Shown in pieces: positions 9,240-19,165 of a DNA stretch of 64,000 nucleotides. Position numbers and translations under genes: made by a program. This DNA is from Alphaproteobacteria bacterium (GTDB taxonomy: Bacteria; Pseudomonadota; Alphaproteobacteria; GCA-2731375), in the NCBI GenBank assembly GCA_965225945.1, contig CBDDBZ010000030.1, positions 128,001 through 192,000 of the forward strand. The letters run 5' to 3'. Numbering within the stretch: position 1 is the first letter of the stretch; every line of letters begins with the position of its first letter. A model generated the notes under the pieces. That model saw nothing but the letters and a program-made list of their open reading frames with translations, was not told where the DNA came from and ran no database searches.

Positions 9240-10271
9240 CTAGGCCCAACGAAAGTCGGTCTCGTCCTGCCACAGGCGGTGCAGCAGGACGGCGAGCTTT
9301 CTGGCGACGGCGACCCGGGCCCGCTTGGCCGCCTTGCGTTCCTGCAAGGCGAGGCCCCAGGTCCTGAGCGCGCAAGGGCGTTTCAGGGGCCCGAGCACCG
9401 CGTTGGCTCCCTCGTAGAGGGCATGGCGCAACATGGCGTCGCCCGCCCTCGGGATGTGGCCGACGAGATCGACCTCGCCGGATTGATAGCGCCTCGGCGT
9501 GAAGCCGATATAGGCGCCGACGTCGCCCGAGCGGGCGAAGCGCCCCGGATCCTCGATCGTGCATCTGTAGACCAACGCCAGGTGCGGACCGACGCCGGGC
9601 GCCGTCATCAGGCGCCGGGTGAGCGGGTCCCGGGCGGCGCGTACCTCGAGGCTCTTCTTCAGCTTGGCCAGTTCCTCGTCCAGGGCGGCGAGCGTCTCCA
9701 TGAGCGGCGACAGCGCCGGGCGTAGCGCCGGCATTCGGGTCAGCAACGCCTCGACGCGCTCGCGCCGCTTGTTCGGCGTCGTCACCTGGCCGAGCCGGAG
9801 GCCGAACAGCTTCAAGAGGCCACGCAGCTGATTGACCATGTCCCGGTGGCTCTTGACCAGTTGCCCGCGCACCCGAAGCTGCGCCCGCTCGAGGTGGCTC
9901 TCGGGGTCCTTGACGTGCACCGCCTTGAACCAGCCGGTGCGGGAGAGCTGGGCCAGCCCCTCGGCGTCGTTGGGATCGGTCTTGTTGACTCGGGTCGAGA
10001 GCACCCCCTTGGCATGGCGCGCGCAGACGCAAACCACCGCCACATCGCGCTCTTGGAGACCATGGTACAGGAAGACAGACAGCGGTCCGGTCTCCAGCAC
10101 CGCCCGCGACAGCACCGCCGCGAGCTTCGCCGTGTGTTTGGCCAGCGTCTTGGCGATCACGTCGGGATCGCTCGCGCAGCGCCCGCGCCAGAGCACCGCT
10201 CCGGCACCGTCCACCAGACAAATGTGGGTCTGCTTGTCGGAAACATCCAAACCGGCATAGACTTCGCGCAT
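9240..10271 (-). CDS. IS110 DEDD recombinase/transposase
   Basis: GLDVS, VLETG, NKTDPNDAEG, C-terminal YQSG serine and ARVAVARKLA. Confidence 0.92.
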   Translation of the reverse strand: MREVYAGLDVSDKQTHICLVDGAGAVLWRGRCASDPDVIAKTLAKHTAKLAAVLSRAVLETGPLSVFLYHGLQERDVAVVCVCARHAKGVLSTRVNKTDPNDAEGLAQLSRTGWFKAVHVKDPESHLERAQLRVRGQLVKSHRDMVNQLRGLLKLFGLRLGQVTTPNKRRERVEALLTRMPALRPALSPLMETLAALDEELAKLKKSLEVRAARDPLTRRLMTAPGVGPHLALVYRCTIEDPGRFARSGDVGAYIGFTPRRYQSGEVDLVGHIPRAGDAMLRHALYEGANAVLGPLKRPCALRTWGLALQERKAAKRARVAVARKLAVLLHRLWQDETDFRWA

Positions 10272-10432
10272 GGGTCATCCTCCTTCTTGAAGCCACCGAC
10301 GGACTTCAGGCCGGGGCGGACTTCGTGGTTAGTCGGAGGGTGACCCTAACTCAATTACGCCATGTCCCCGGAAATCGTGTCCCCGGAAATCTGCCTCCGG
10401 TTTCCCCGAAGGCATTTACGCAATCGCGCGCG

Positions 10433-10861
10433 CTATTCCGGCAAAGTTTCGCCAGAGCCGCCGAACTCCGTCGGCATGTCCTTAAACTTGGGCAGTCCGT
10501 CCTTCACCGAAACCGTCTTGCTCGCATAGAACACATGCAACGTCGGTTCGTGAGTGAAGCCCGGCACCACGTTCGGATAGACGTCCACGAGCTTCATGCC
10601 AGGGTGGTCGCTCATAACATGGCCGCCGCAGGTTCTGCAGAACTTCCGAAAGCTGTTTTCGGTCTTGTTGAAGGTGCCGATGTTGTCTTCGCCCTTGGTG
10701 ATACGCACGCTGTCGGGCGACCACAGGCTGAAGGAATTGATCGGCGCCGCCGCCCAGGCCGCGCAGTCGACACAATGGCAATATCCCATGGCCGCCGGCT
10801 CGCCGGTAACTTCGAACTCCACTTCGCCGCAGAAACAGCTGCCTTTGAATGTGTCACTCAT
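10433..10861 (-). CDS. GFA family (CENP-V-like) Zn protein
   Basis: GSCFCG, CHCVDC, RKFCRTCG, PTLHVFY; AGGAGG RBS. Confidence 0.9.
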   Translation of the reverse strand: MSDTFKGSCFCGEVEFEVTGEPAAMGYCHCVDCAAWAAAPINSFSLWSPDSVRITKGEDNIGTFNKTENSFRKFCRTCGGHVMSDHPGMKLVDVYPNVVPGFTHEPTLHVFYASKTVSVKDGLPKFKDMPTEFGGSGETLPE

Positions 10862-11279
10862 CGATTTCTCCCTCCTAGCGAGTCGCTCGCTCTTGCAGAA
10901 TAAGTATACCATTATGATTCTCCTGCCGGCACGCCGCCCCTATCACCCCCGCCCATGCACGAGGGGTCAGGTCTTGTATGTGGCATTGTCAACAATGGAA
11001 GCATCATGAACCACGGCCCGCCCTTCGTCTCATGGTAGGGGATCCGCCAGTGGTCACCATGAGATGACGGGCGACATCCGCCCATCCCTCGACCTCGAAC
11101 GAGGCGCCACCGGCCGCGTCACCTCGATCGACGGGCCGCTGGAAGGGGCGGCCGACAGCACCACCCGCACTCGGGATTTGGGCATCCAGGAGTCGGGGTC
11201 CCAGGTCTCGAACGTCGAATCGCAGGCGCCGACCCGCTCGAGCGCGCTCGGAACCGATTCCCTGACCCCGGACGACACG

Positions 11280-12070
11280 CTACGCCTCGCGCAGCGCCTT
11301 CAGCTTGACCAGCATGGAGAGCGTGCGCTCGAACCCTGCGGTCGAGAGCGGCGTCATGGCGCTGCAGCCGTTCCAGCGCCGCCTCGTCGAGGGCGCTGGC
11401 GAAGAGGTGGTCGCGGATCAGATCCGCGTACACCAGCACGGCGCGGCGGGCGTCGAGCGCCGGCAGGAGCGTCTCGTGCAGCCACGCGAAGAGCGACGGC
11501 TCGGCCCCAGGGTCGCACGGGGTCTCCGCCGCCGCCCGATACCAGGCCTCGCGCGAGGCCCGATCGAGACGCCGCTCGATGCCGCCGTCGGTGGCCCGCG
11601 CGCCCTCGGCGTAGCGCCCGGCCGCGCGCGCCGCCTCGAGCCGGGCGTCGAGCGCGCCCAGCGCGTCGCGCCGCCCCGCCTGGTCCAGGCGCAGGACGTC
11701 GCGCACGGCGCCCGGCGCGACGCGGGAGGTGTCCGAGACCAGGAGCAGCGGCGTCGCCAGCCAGGCCGACTCGCCGGAGCTGACGTGGGAGGCCCCGTCC
11801 GAAGTCATCCGCCGCAGGCAGTCGTGGTGCGCCGCGTGCTCCGCGCGGCGCAGCCGGCGGCGGCGCCAGAGGATGTCCGCGAGCTCCTCGACCAGATGGC
11901 TTTCCGTCGGTCCGGCGGGGGCGTGCTCGCCGCGAAGCTGCTCCAGGAGCTCGGCGCGCTGCTCCGCGTTCTCCCAGGGCAGCACCGGCGCGGCGCCGGC
12001 GAGACCGTGGCGCGTCGCGTTCAGCCGCCGGGGCACGGGTGGGCTCGGGTCGCAGGGCAATGGCTCGGAC
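11280..12070 (-). CDS. Hypothetical protein with an N-terminal NAxxHGL motif; apparent frameshift near the C-terminus; start uncertain
   Basis: RLNATRHGL...PAGPTESHLVEELADILWRRRRLRRAE. Removing one base at 11334-11336 gives DRRFERTLSMLVKLKALREA*. Confidence 0.5.
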
Positions 12071-13163
12071 AAGGGCTGGACTCGTCGATAAGAAATTTCG
12101 ATCGCGGCAATAATCCCCCAGGTAGGAAATCTAGTGTCAAAATACAACCGTAGCAGCGGAAAATACTTATTTCCATATATGCGGTATTAAGGTTTTTAAG
12201 GCCCGAGAGGCGTTTTTTGCAGAACGACGTTCGGCCGGGCCGCAGCGAAGCGGGAACGGCGTTGAATTTCAATATCTTGATGGTATTTGGAATATTTGGA
12301 TCGCATTATAAACGCGCTCGAAAACGTCGTCATCCGCGATGACGCGCGGCAATTCGGCGCATTTAGGCACTTTCCGACCAGGTTGAAACGTTTGATGGGG
12401 ATGATTTTGGATTTCAAGGGACATGGCGTAATTGAGTTAGGGTCACCCTCCCAACAACCACGAAGCCGCCCTGGTCTAACGTCCATTGGGCGGCTTCGAG
12501 AAGGAGGATGACCCATGCGCGAAGTCTATGCCGGTTTGGATGTTTCCGACAAGCAGACCCACATTTGTCTGGTGGACGGTGCCGGAGCGGTGCTATGGCG
12601 CGGGCGCTGCGCGAGCGATCCCGACGTCATCGCCAAGACGCTGGCCAAGCACACGGCGAAGCTGTCGGCGGTGCTGGCCAGGGCGGTGCTGGAGACCGGC
12701 CCGCTCTCGACCTTCCTGTTCCATGGTCTGCAGATGCGCAAAGTGGCGGTGGTTTGCGTCTGCGCGCGCCATGCCAAGGGGGTGCTCTCGACCCGAGTCA
12801 ACAAGACCGATCCCAACGACGCCGAGGGGCTGGCCCAGCTCGCCCGCACCGGCTGGTTCAAGGCGGTGCACGTCAAGGACCCCGAGAGCCACCTCGAGCG
12901 GGCGCAGCTTCGGGTGCGCGGGCAACTGGTCAAGAGCCACCGGGACATGGTCAATCAGCTGCGTGGCCTCTTGAAGCTGTTCGGCCTCCGGCTCGGCCAG
13001 GTGACGACGCCGAACAAGCGGCGCGAGCGCGTCGAGGCGTTGCTGACCTGTGGAACGGCGTGCAAAGTTGACCCCTGTTGAGGGGTGATCGGCGTCCAAA
13101 TTTGACCCCCTGAGCCTGGCTAGTCCAAGTCACCTCGTTTTTGGGCGGACGAGGTGGTGGGGG

Positions 13164-14675
13164 ATGTTGGTCGTGGAGACGATAGCGCGGATCCGGCGGG
13201 AGTATTTCGTCAAGGGGAAGCCGATCAAGGAGATCGTGCGGGACGTGAAGGTCTCGGGCAACACGGTGCGCAAGGTGATCTGTTCGCAGGCGACGGCGTT
13301 CACCTACGACCGGCGGGTCCAGCCGATGCCGAAGCTGGGGCCGTGGACGGCCGAGCTGGAGCGGATGCTGGAGGCCAACGAGACCAAGTCGAAGCGGGAG
13401 CGGCTGACGCTGCTACGGATCTCCGAAGCCCTCGAGGGTCTGGGCTATGGCGGCGGCTACGACGCGGTGCGGCGCTACGCCAAGGCGTGGCGGTGGCGCC
13501 GTTCGGCATCGACGGCGCAGACCTATGTGCCGTTGGTGTTCTCGCCGGGCGAGGCCTATCAGTTCGACTGGAGCCACGAGTACGTGGTGCTGGCGGGGGT
13601 GACGACCAAGGTCAAGGTCGCGCACGTCCGGCTGTGCCACAGCCGAATGTTCTTCGTCCGCGCTTATCCGCGCGAGAGCCAGGAGATGGTGTTCGACGCC
13701 CACGACCGGGCATTCCGGCTGTTCCAGGGTGCCTGCCGGCGAGGCATCTACGACAACATGAAGACGGCGGTGCAGACCGTCCTCATCGGCAAGGAGCGCG
13801 CGTTCAACCGGCGCTTCGTGCAGATGTGTGGCCACTACCTGGTCGAACCGACAGCATGCACGCCGGGAGCGGGATGGGAGAAGGGGCAGGTCGAGAACCA
13901 GGTCGGGATCATCCGCGGTCGGTTCTTCACCCCGCGGCTGCGCTTCAAGACCTACGACGAGCTCAACGCCTGGCTCTTGGACCAGTGCGTCGCCTACGCC
14001 CGGCGTCATCCCCACCCGGTGTTCAAGGACAGGACTGTCTGGCAGGTGTTCGAGGACGAGCGTCCGTCCCTGGTCGGCTATCGCGGGCCGTTCGACGGCT
14101 TCCACGCGGTCCCGGCGTCGGTGTCGAAGACCTGCCTGGTGCGCTTCGACAGCAACAAGTACAGCGTGGCGGCGCGCGCCGTCGGCCGTCCGGTCGAGGT
14201 CCATGCCTACGCCGATCGCATCGTCATCCGCCAGGACGGCGAGATCGTCGCCGAGCATGCCCGGCGCTTCGGCCGCGACCAGACCGTCTATGACCCGTGG
14301 CACTACGTGCCCGTGCTGGCGAGGAAGCCCGGTGCGCTTCGTAACGGCGCGCCGTTCAAGGACTGGGCGCTGCCCGGCGCCCTGGGTCGCGTGCGCGTCC
14401 GGCTCGCCGGCCACGACGACGGCGACAGGCAGATGGTCGAGATCCTCACCGCCGTGCTGGCGGATGGGCTGGCGGCGGTGGAGGCCGCCTGTGCCGAGGC
14501 GCTCGCTGGCGGCGTGTGCAGCGCCGACGTCGTGCTCAACATCCTCAATCGTCGGCGCCAGCCGTCCGAGACGGCGCCGATCCCGACGCCCGCGAACCTG
14601 CGTCTTCGCTTTGAGCCGGTGGCCGATTGCACCCGCTACGACCGCTTGAGGGGGGTCGGCCATGGAGCGCCATGA
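13164..14675 (+). CDS. istA: IS21 transposase
   Basis: [25 protein letters not shown]. Confidence 0.93.
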   Translation: MLVVETIARIRREYFVKGKPIKEIVRDVKVSGNTVRKVICSQATAFTYDRRVQPMPKLGPWTAELERMLEANETKSKRERLTLLRISEALEGLGYGGGYDAVRRYAKAWRWRRSASTAQTYVPLVFSPGEAYQFDWSHEYVVLAGVTTKVKVAHVRLCHSRMFFVRAYPRESQEMVFDAHDRAFRLFQGACRRGIYDNMKTAVQTVLIGKERAFNRRFVQMCGHYLVEPTACTPGAGWEKGQVENQVGIIRGRFFTPRLRFKTYDELNAWLLDQCVAYARRHPHPVFKDRTVWQVFEDERPSLVGYRGPFDGFHAVPASVSKTCLVRFDSNKYSVAARAVGRPVEVHAYADRIVIRQDGEIVAEHARRFGRDQTVYDPWHYVPVLARKPGALRNGAPFKDWALPGALGRVRVRLAGHDDGDRQMVEILTAVLADGLAAVEAACAEALAGGVCSADVVLNILNRRRQPSETAPIPTPANLRLRFEPVADCTRYDRLRGVGHGAP

Positions 14676-15390
14676 GGTCCTGGAGATGATGGCCGCACTC
14701 AAGCTCGCCGGCATGCGCGACGCGTTCGACGAGGTGCTCGCCGACGGCCTCAAGCGCCAGCATCCGATGCAGCGAATCATCGGCGAGCTGTTGAAGGCCG
14801 AGATCGCCGACAAGCAGGCGCGATCCATCAAGTACCAGATGAGTGGCGCCAAGCTGCCGCTGGCCAAGGAGCTGGCCGACTTCGACTTCACCGACACCCC
14901 GGTCAACGAGCCGCTGGTCCGCGAGTTGGCGGTCGGCGGCTTCCTGGCCAACCAGCGCAACGCCGTGCTGATCGGCGGCACCGGCACCGGCAAGAGCCAT
15001 CTCGCCGTCGCCATCGCGCGGGCCTGCATCCGCGATGGCGCCCGGGGCCGCTTCTTCAACGTCGTCGACCTGGTCAACCGGCTCGAGGCCGAAGCCCGCG
15101 CCGGCCGCCAGGGCCGGCTCGCCGATCAGCTGGCCCGGCGCGACCTCGTCATCCTCGACGAGCTCGGCTACCTGCCCTTCGCCCAAACCGGAGGCCAGCT
15201 GCTGTTCCACCTCGTCAGCCGGCTCTACGAGCGCACCTCGATCATCGTCACCACCAACCTGACCTTCGGCGAATGGCCGTCCGTCTTCGGCGACGCCAAG
15301 ATGACCACCGCGCTCCTCGATCGTCTGACGCACCACTGCGAGATCATCGAGACCGGAAACGACTCCTGGCGCTTCAAGAATCGGTCCTAA
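14662..15390 (+). CDS. istB: IS21 AAA+ helper ATPase
   Basis: [30 protein letters not shown]. Confidence 0.93.
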   Translation: MERHEVLEMMAALKLAGMRDAFDEVLADGLKRQHPMQRIIGELLKAEIADKQARSIKYQMSGAKLPLAKELADFDFTDTPVNEPLVRELAVGGFLANQRNAVLIGGTGTGKSHLAVAIARACIRDGARGRFFNVVDLVNRLEAEARAGRQGRLADQLARRDLVILDELGYLPFAQTGGQLLFHLVSRLYERTSIIVTTNLTFGEWPSVFGDAKMTTALLDRLTHHCEIIETGNDSWRFKNRS

Positions 15391-16099
15391 AGGCAACCGA
15401 TCCACCTGCCGCCCGGTCGCCCAGGTGGGCCCACAGGAACCTCCCACGCGCGGTCCGCCGCCAGCCGCGTGGTGGGCGCGTCGGCCCGCGCGCGGGCCCC
15501 TCCTATGGACTACCTGTACGACCTCCGCCGTGCATCCCCAAAGGGGTCAACATTGCACGCCGATAGGGGGTCAATGTTCAACGCCGATTGACATGCTGAC
15601 CCGCATGCCAGCGCTACGCCCGGCGCTGTCGCCGCTCTTGGAGACGCTCGCCGCCCTGGAGGAGGAACTGGCCAAGCTGAAGAAGAGCCTCGAGGTACGC
15701 GCCGCCCGGGACCCGCTCACCCGGCGCCTGATGACGGCGCCCGGCGTCGGTCCGCACCTGGCGTTGGTCTACAGATGCACGATCGAGGATCCGGGGCGCT
15801 TCGCCCGCTCGGGCGACGTCGGCGCCTATATCGGCTTCACGCCGAGGCGCTATCAATCCGGCGAGGTCGATCTCGTCGGCCACATCCCGAGGGCGGGCGA
15901 CGCCATGTTGCGCCATGCCCTCTACGAGGGAGCCAACGCGGTGCTCGGGCCCCTGAAACGCCCTTGCGCGCTCAGGACCTGGGGCCTCGCCTTGCAGGAA
16001 CGCAAGGCGGCCAAGCGGGCCCGGGTCGCCGTCGCCAGAAAGCTCGCCGTCCTGCTGCACCGCCTGTGGCAGGACGAGACCGACTTTCGTTGGGCCTAG

Positions 16100-16521
16100 G
16101 CGTCGGGGCCGGCGGGCCCTAGGCCCGCTTCCGCCTGCTTGCCGCAGCCTGACGGGGAAGGGTGATCTCGCCTATACTGTCGCGGCATCGACCGCGTTGG
16201 GGACATCAAAGACACCCTTCTTCCTCTGACCGCCATCCTGAGGCGCCGGCAACTCCAGCCCCCCATGGCAAGGCCGGGTAGACAACCGAAGATGCGGCAA
16301 GGCGGAATTCCATCCGGAGAGGACAAAACTCGACTGGACAACCGGAACTCGAACACTCGAGCCTGATGGCACCAATCCTTCTCACCTTCAATGGTGAGCG
16401 AGGCGCCATGAGAAGCATGGGGAAGAGTAGAACCCAAAACCGAAAAACGGGGGACCCCGTGGACAACCGAAGATGCGGCAAGGCGGAATTATTTCCTGAA
16501 AGGACAGAACTCAATTAGACA
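16100..16521 (+). ncRNA. Putative bridge/seek RNA region of IS110 copy 2
   Basis: Stem / internal loop / hairpin at 16157-16220 with target-matching segments; donor-matching segments at 16231 and 16279; 29-bp internal repeat. Confidence 0.65.
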
Positions 16522-17496
16522 ACACAATACCTATCTTCCGTACCCTCGTGACGAGGATGGGTATTGCGTCCCCATAACTATGTTTCGGTGACACAATACT
16601 TATCGTAACTGCCCAGGTACATGGTGGCCTTTTAGGCGGCGTGGAGACGCTCGATCAGGGTTTCGGGATTTTCCATGAGCGCCTGGATGATGTTCCAGCC
16701 CTGTTTTCTGGCGGTCGAGATGAAGCCACGGACGGTGGCAAAGTCTTCGGCGCCTTTCTGGCTGCGGAAGCCGCCGGAGATTTTCTGCTTGACCTTCATC
16801 ATGCGCCCGTCCTGCTCGGCCTGATTGTTGGTGAACGGCACGGCGAAATTGATGAGGAAGCGCAGCGCGTCTTCCTTGTGTGTCTGAAGGCGCCGGAGAA
16901 GGTTGTGCCCGGTGCGGCGCGGCTTGCTTCCCCGGCGCTTGGCCTTGCTCGATCTGGGCGCAAGAGGAGGTTGTGCCTCGTGAAAGGCGATGCCCTCGGC
17001 CGTGATCGCGTCGTAACACCCTCGGAAGCGCTCGACGAGGCCTGGTTTCAGCGCCACGCCCCGCTCCCGGGCGAGATTTACCGCGTGGCAGGCGCGGCGC
17101 AATAGTCTCTGCATCTTGCGTGCCCAGCCCTCCTTCTCGATCTCGATCAGGGCTTGCAACTCGCGCAGGTGATGGGCGTTGCACAGCGCGTGCCGTACGC
17201 CCTCCATCGTAAAGTACGGCTTCCAGTGGTCATGGACGACGATGCCGCCGACTCCGCCGAGCAGGCTGCCGCGTCGCTCCGAGACCCGATAGAAGGTCAA
17301 CCGCGCGGTCGAGGCGACGTGCAACCATTGGGTCCGCCCGGCGATCCGCAAGCCGGTCTCGTCCATGTGCTTGACCGGCGCCGATTTCACCAGTTCGCGG
17401 ATCACATCGACGACGCCTTGGACGGACTCGGCGCTGTTCCCGCCCATCCGCGCGAGGCTCGCCGGAGACAGTTCCGCCCCGAACAGATCCTTCATC

Positions 17497-18251
17497 CTTG
17501 CCTATCCGGTTATCACCCACACCCACTATATGTAGTGTGTCTCCTTGGACTGCAGGCAAGGGCCGGCGCAGGCGCATTGAGGAGGCGATCCGGCTAATTC
17601 TTGATTGTTCTGAAAACCGAACCGGAGTTTAATTCACGTCACGTACTTAACATCGGGGGACGGAACGGTGGCGACCAAGGGAAAAACGAAGAAACCCACG
17701 GCCAGACGGGAAGCTGCTGATGAAACGACATCGTCTGAGCGATTGACGGCACTAGTCGAAGAAAGCGACGCGCTGGCACGAATCGTTGCGAAGAACCCGT
17801 CCGCGCCTGTTAGTCTCCTGCGCGTTTTGAGTCGCAGCGAAGACGAAGCGACACGCAAGAACGTGATCCTCAATCCGTTTACTTCATATGACGTATTGAG
17901 CGAACTTGAAAACCAGCTCACAGAGCTATTTGTGAATAATCCGGCACTCGAATCCTACAATTCAATGAAGCTCTGATTTCCTGGAATATTCCATCGGTGT
18001 CGTTCACCTCCGATTTCAGATAAATTTCAATGAAGTGACGGTCCTTTATGCAACGTGGCGTTTTGCCAAATCCGACTCAATGATTAGGATTTCCACCACG
18101 CTAAAGTGTCGCCTAAAAGGCGCTACAATGCCGTCCGAGTCCCTGCTCGGCATCGCCGGAGATATCTCCGCTTCGACCTGCACCGAGCTTTACTCAGGAA
18201 AATGGGTGCACACTACATATAGTGGGTGTGGGTGATAACCGGATAGGCAAG
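17497..18251. mobile_element. Non-autonomous TIR element (MITE/MIC-like) with lower-GC cargo
   Basis: Perfect 43-bp TIRs (17497-17539, 18209-18251); 8-bp TSD CCTTCATC at 17489-17496 and 18252-18259; no transposase. Confidence 0.9.
17668..17976 (+). CDS. Small LRV/HEAT-repeat-like cargo ORF, possibly truncated
   Basis: Repeating ...VAKNPSAP...VILNPFT...VNNPAL pattern. Confidence 0.45.
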   Translation: MATKGKTKKPTARREAADETTSSERLTALVEESDALARIVAKNPSAPVSLLRVLSRSEDEATRKNVILNPFTSYDVLSELENQLTELFVNNPALESYNSMKL

Positions 18252-19165
18252 CCTTCATCAATTCAGCCAGGCGGTCCTCGGGCAGGAGTTGGTAGTGCGA
18301 CAGGTAGACCACCATGGCTCCGATCCGAGCGCCGTATTGAACCGGGCCGGTGATGCCGACGGGAAAAGAAGCCCGAGTGTACGTGCCGCAATGCCCGCAA
18401 CGGCAGCGATGCGCCCGATGCTCCGTGACCACCAGGGGCCGGGGCTCGGGTAGATCGAAAACCTGGCGGGCCCCATGGCGGGTAGCCATATCCGGCGTCA
18501 ATCCCGAACCACACCACTGGCACGTCTCGGGATAATGGTCGACGGTGGCGTCGGGATCGGCGACTTGGCGCAGGGTCTCGCCCTTGTGGCCCTTTTGCCC
18601 GCCCGGCTTGCGGGCCGATTTCTTACGGAGGCTCCTGGTGCGCTTCTTTTTACCCGCCGGTGGCTTGTTCAATCCATCGCTCGACGGTGGCTTGCCGCTG
18701 TTCGTGCTGTTCAGGCCAAGCCGGCGCTCGAGTTCACCAAGCCGGAGTTCGAACTCGGCGAGCCGCGACCCTTGGGCCAGCACCACATCGATCAGCTCGT
18801 CTTTCGACAAAAAGGCAAGAACATCCCTATCCATCGAATCCTTAGAATCGACCAACCACGCTCTGTCAAACGAAATCTAGGCCGTCAGCGCCCCAAACCC
18901 ACAAAATCTACCCCAGAGACCCAATCCGCAGCCTCATCGAAATCAGCTACCTGGGCTGTTACTACTTATCTTCCATGGTGGGGGCCGCTGAAAGCCCGCC
19001 TCGGGTCGAACAATTTATCCCCGTAAGGCAGGTCGGATGTCTCGTTCCGGCGACGAGGATAAGTATTGTGTCCCTGTAACCTTAGGTGGAGCGCGCGGAG
19101 CGAAGCGCGGCAAGCCCGGCCCGGCTGGACGAGCCGCTTCGCCGGCCGCGCCCGAGCCGGGCTCG

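Larger units (their letters stand above)
8816..10365 (-). mobile_element. IS110 family (IS1111-like) element, copy 1, intact
   Basis: Sub-terminal IR TAATTGAGTT/AACTCAATTA, ACA core at both junctions, long 3' non-coding region; boundaries defined by comparison with copy 2. Confidence 0.9.
13049..15593 (+). mobile_element. IS21 family element
   Basis: TGT...ACA ends with repeated TTGACCCC/GGGGTCAA motifs; 8-bp TSD TGCTGACC at 13041-13048 and 15594-15601. Confidence 0.93.
12515..16099 (+). pseudogene. IS110 transposase split by IS21
   Basis: 5' part 12515-13048 and 3' part 15594-16099 together match copy 1. Confidence 0.9.
12421..16524 (+). mobile_element. IS110 family element, copy 2, interrupted by an IS21 element
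   Basis: Same ends as copy 1; transposase split at ...EALLT|TRMPAL... Confidence 0.9.
16632..18855 (-). pseudogene. IS66 transposase split by a 755-bp insert
   Basis: NSTNSGKPPSSD, KPGGQKGHKG, zinc ribbon; then HMDETG, HALCNAHHLREL, FTNNQAEQ. Confidence 0.9.
16605..18962 (-). mobile_element. IS66 family, single-ORF (ISBst12-like) element, interrupted
   Basis: IRs GTAACTGCCCAGGTA / TACCTGGGCTGTTAC; 8-bp TSD TACTTATC at 16597-16604 and 18963-18970. Confidence 0.9.
16522..19074. repeat. Two REP-doublet (REPIN-like) inverted repeats, consensus GGGACACAATACYTATCYTC, each interrupted by an IS
   Basis: Pair 1: 12418-12423 joined to 16525-16538, versus 16553-16572. Pair 2: 16587-16604 joined to 18971-18974, versus 19055-19074. 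Confidence 0.65.

Noticed and set aside
8826-9367. Small ORFs in the IS110 non-coding regions (also 16096-16514)
   Set aside because: No protein-like features; the region is better explained as structured RNA
10962-10995. GGGGTCAGGTCTTG motif reminiscent of RAYT-associated repeats
   Set aside because: Single copy in the window with no inverted partner; cannot be supported
16281-16490. 29-bp repeat pair as a CRISPR array
   Set aside because: Only two units about 181 bp apart, inside an IS110 end, with no cas genes
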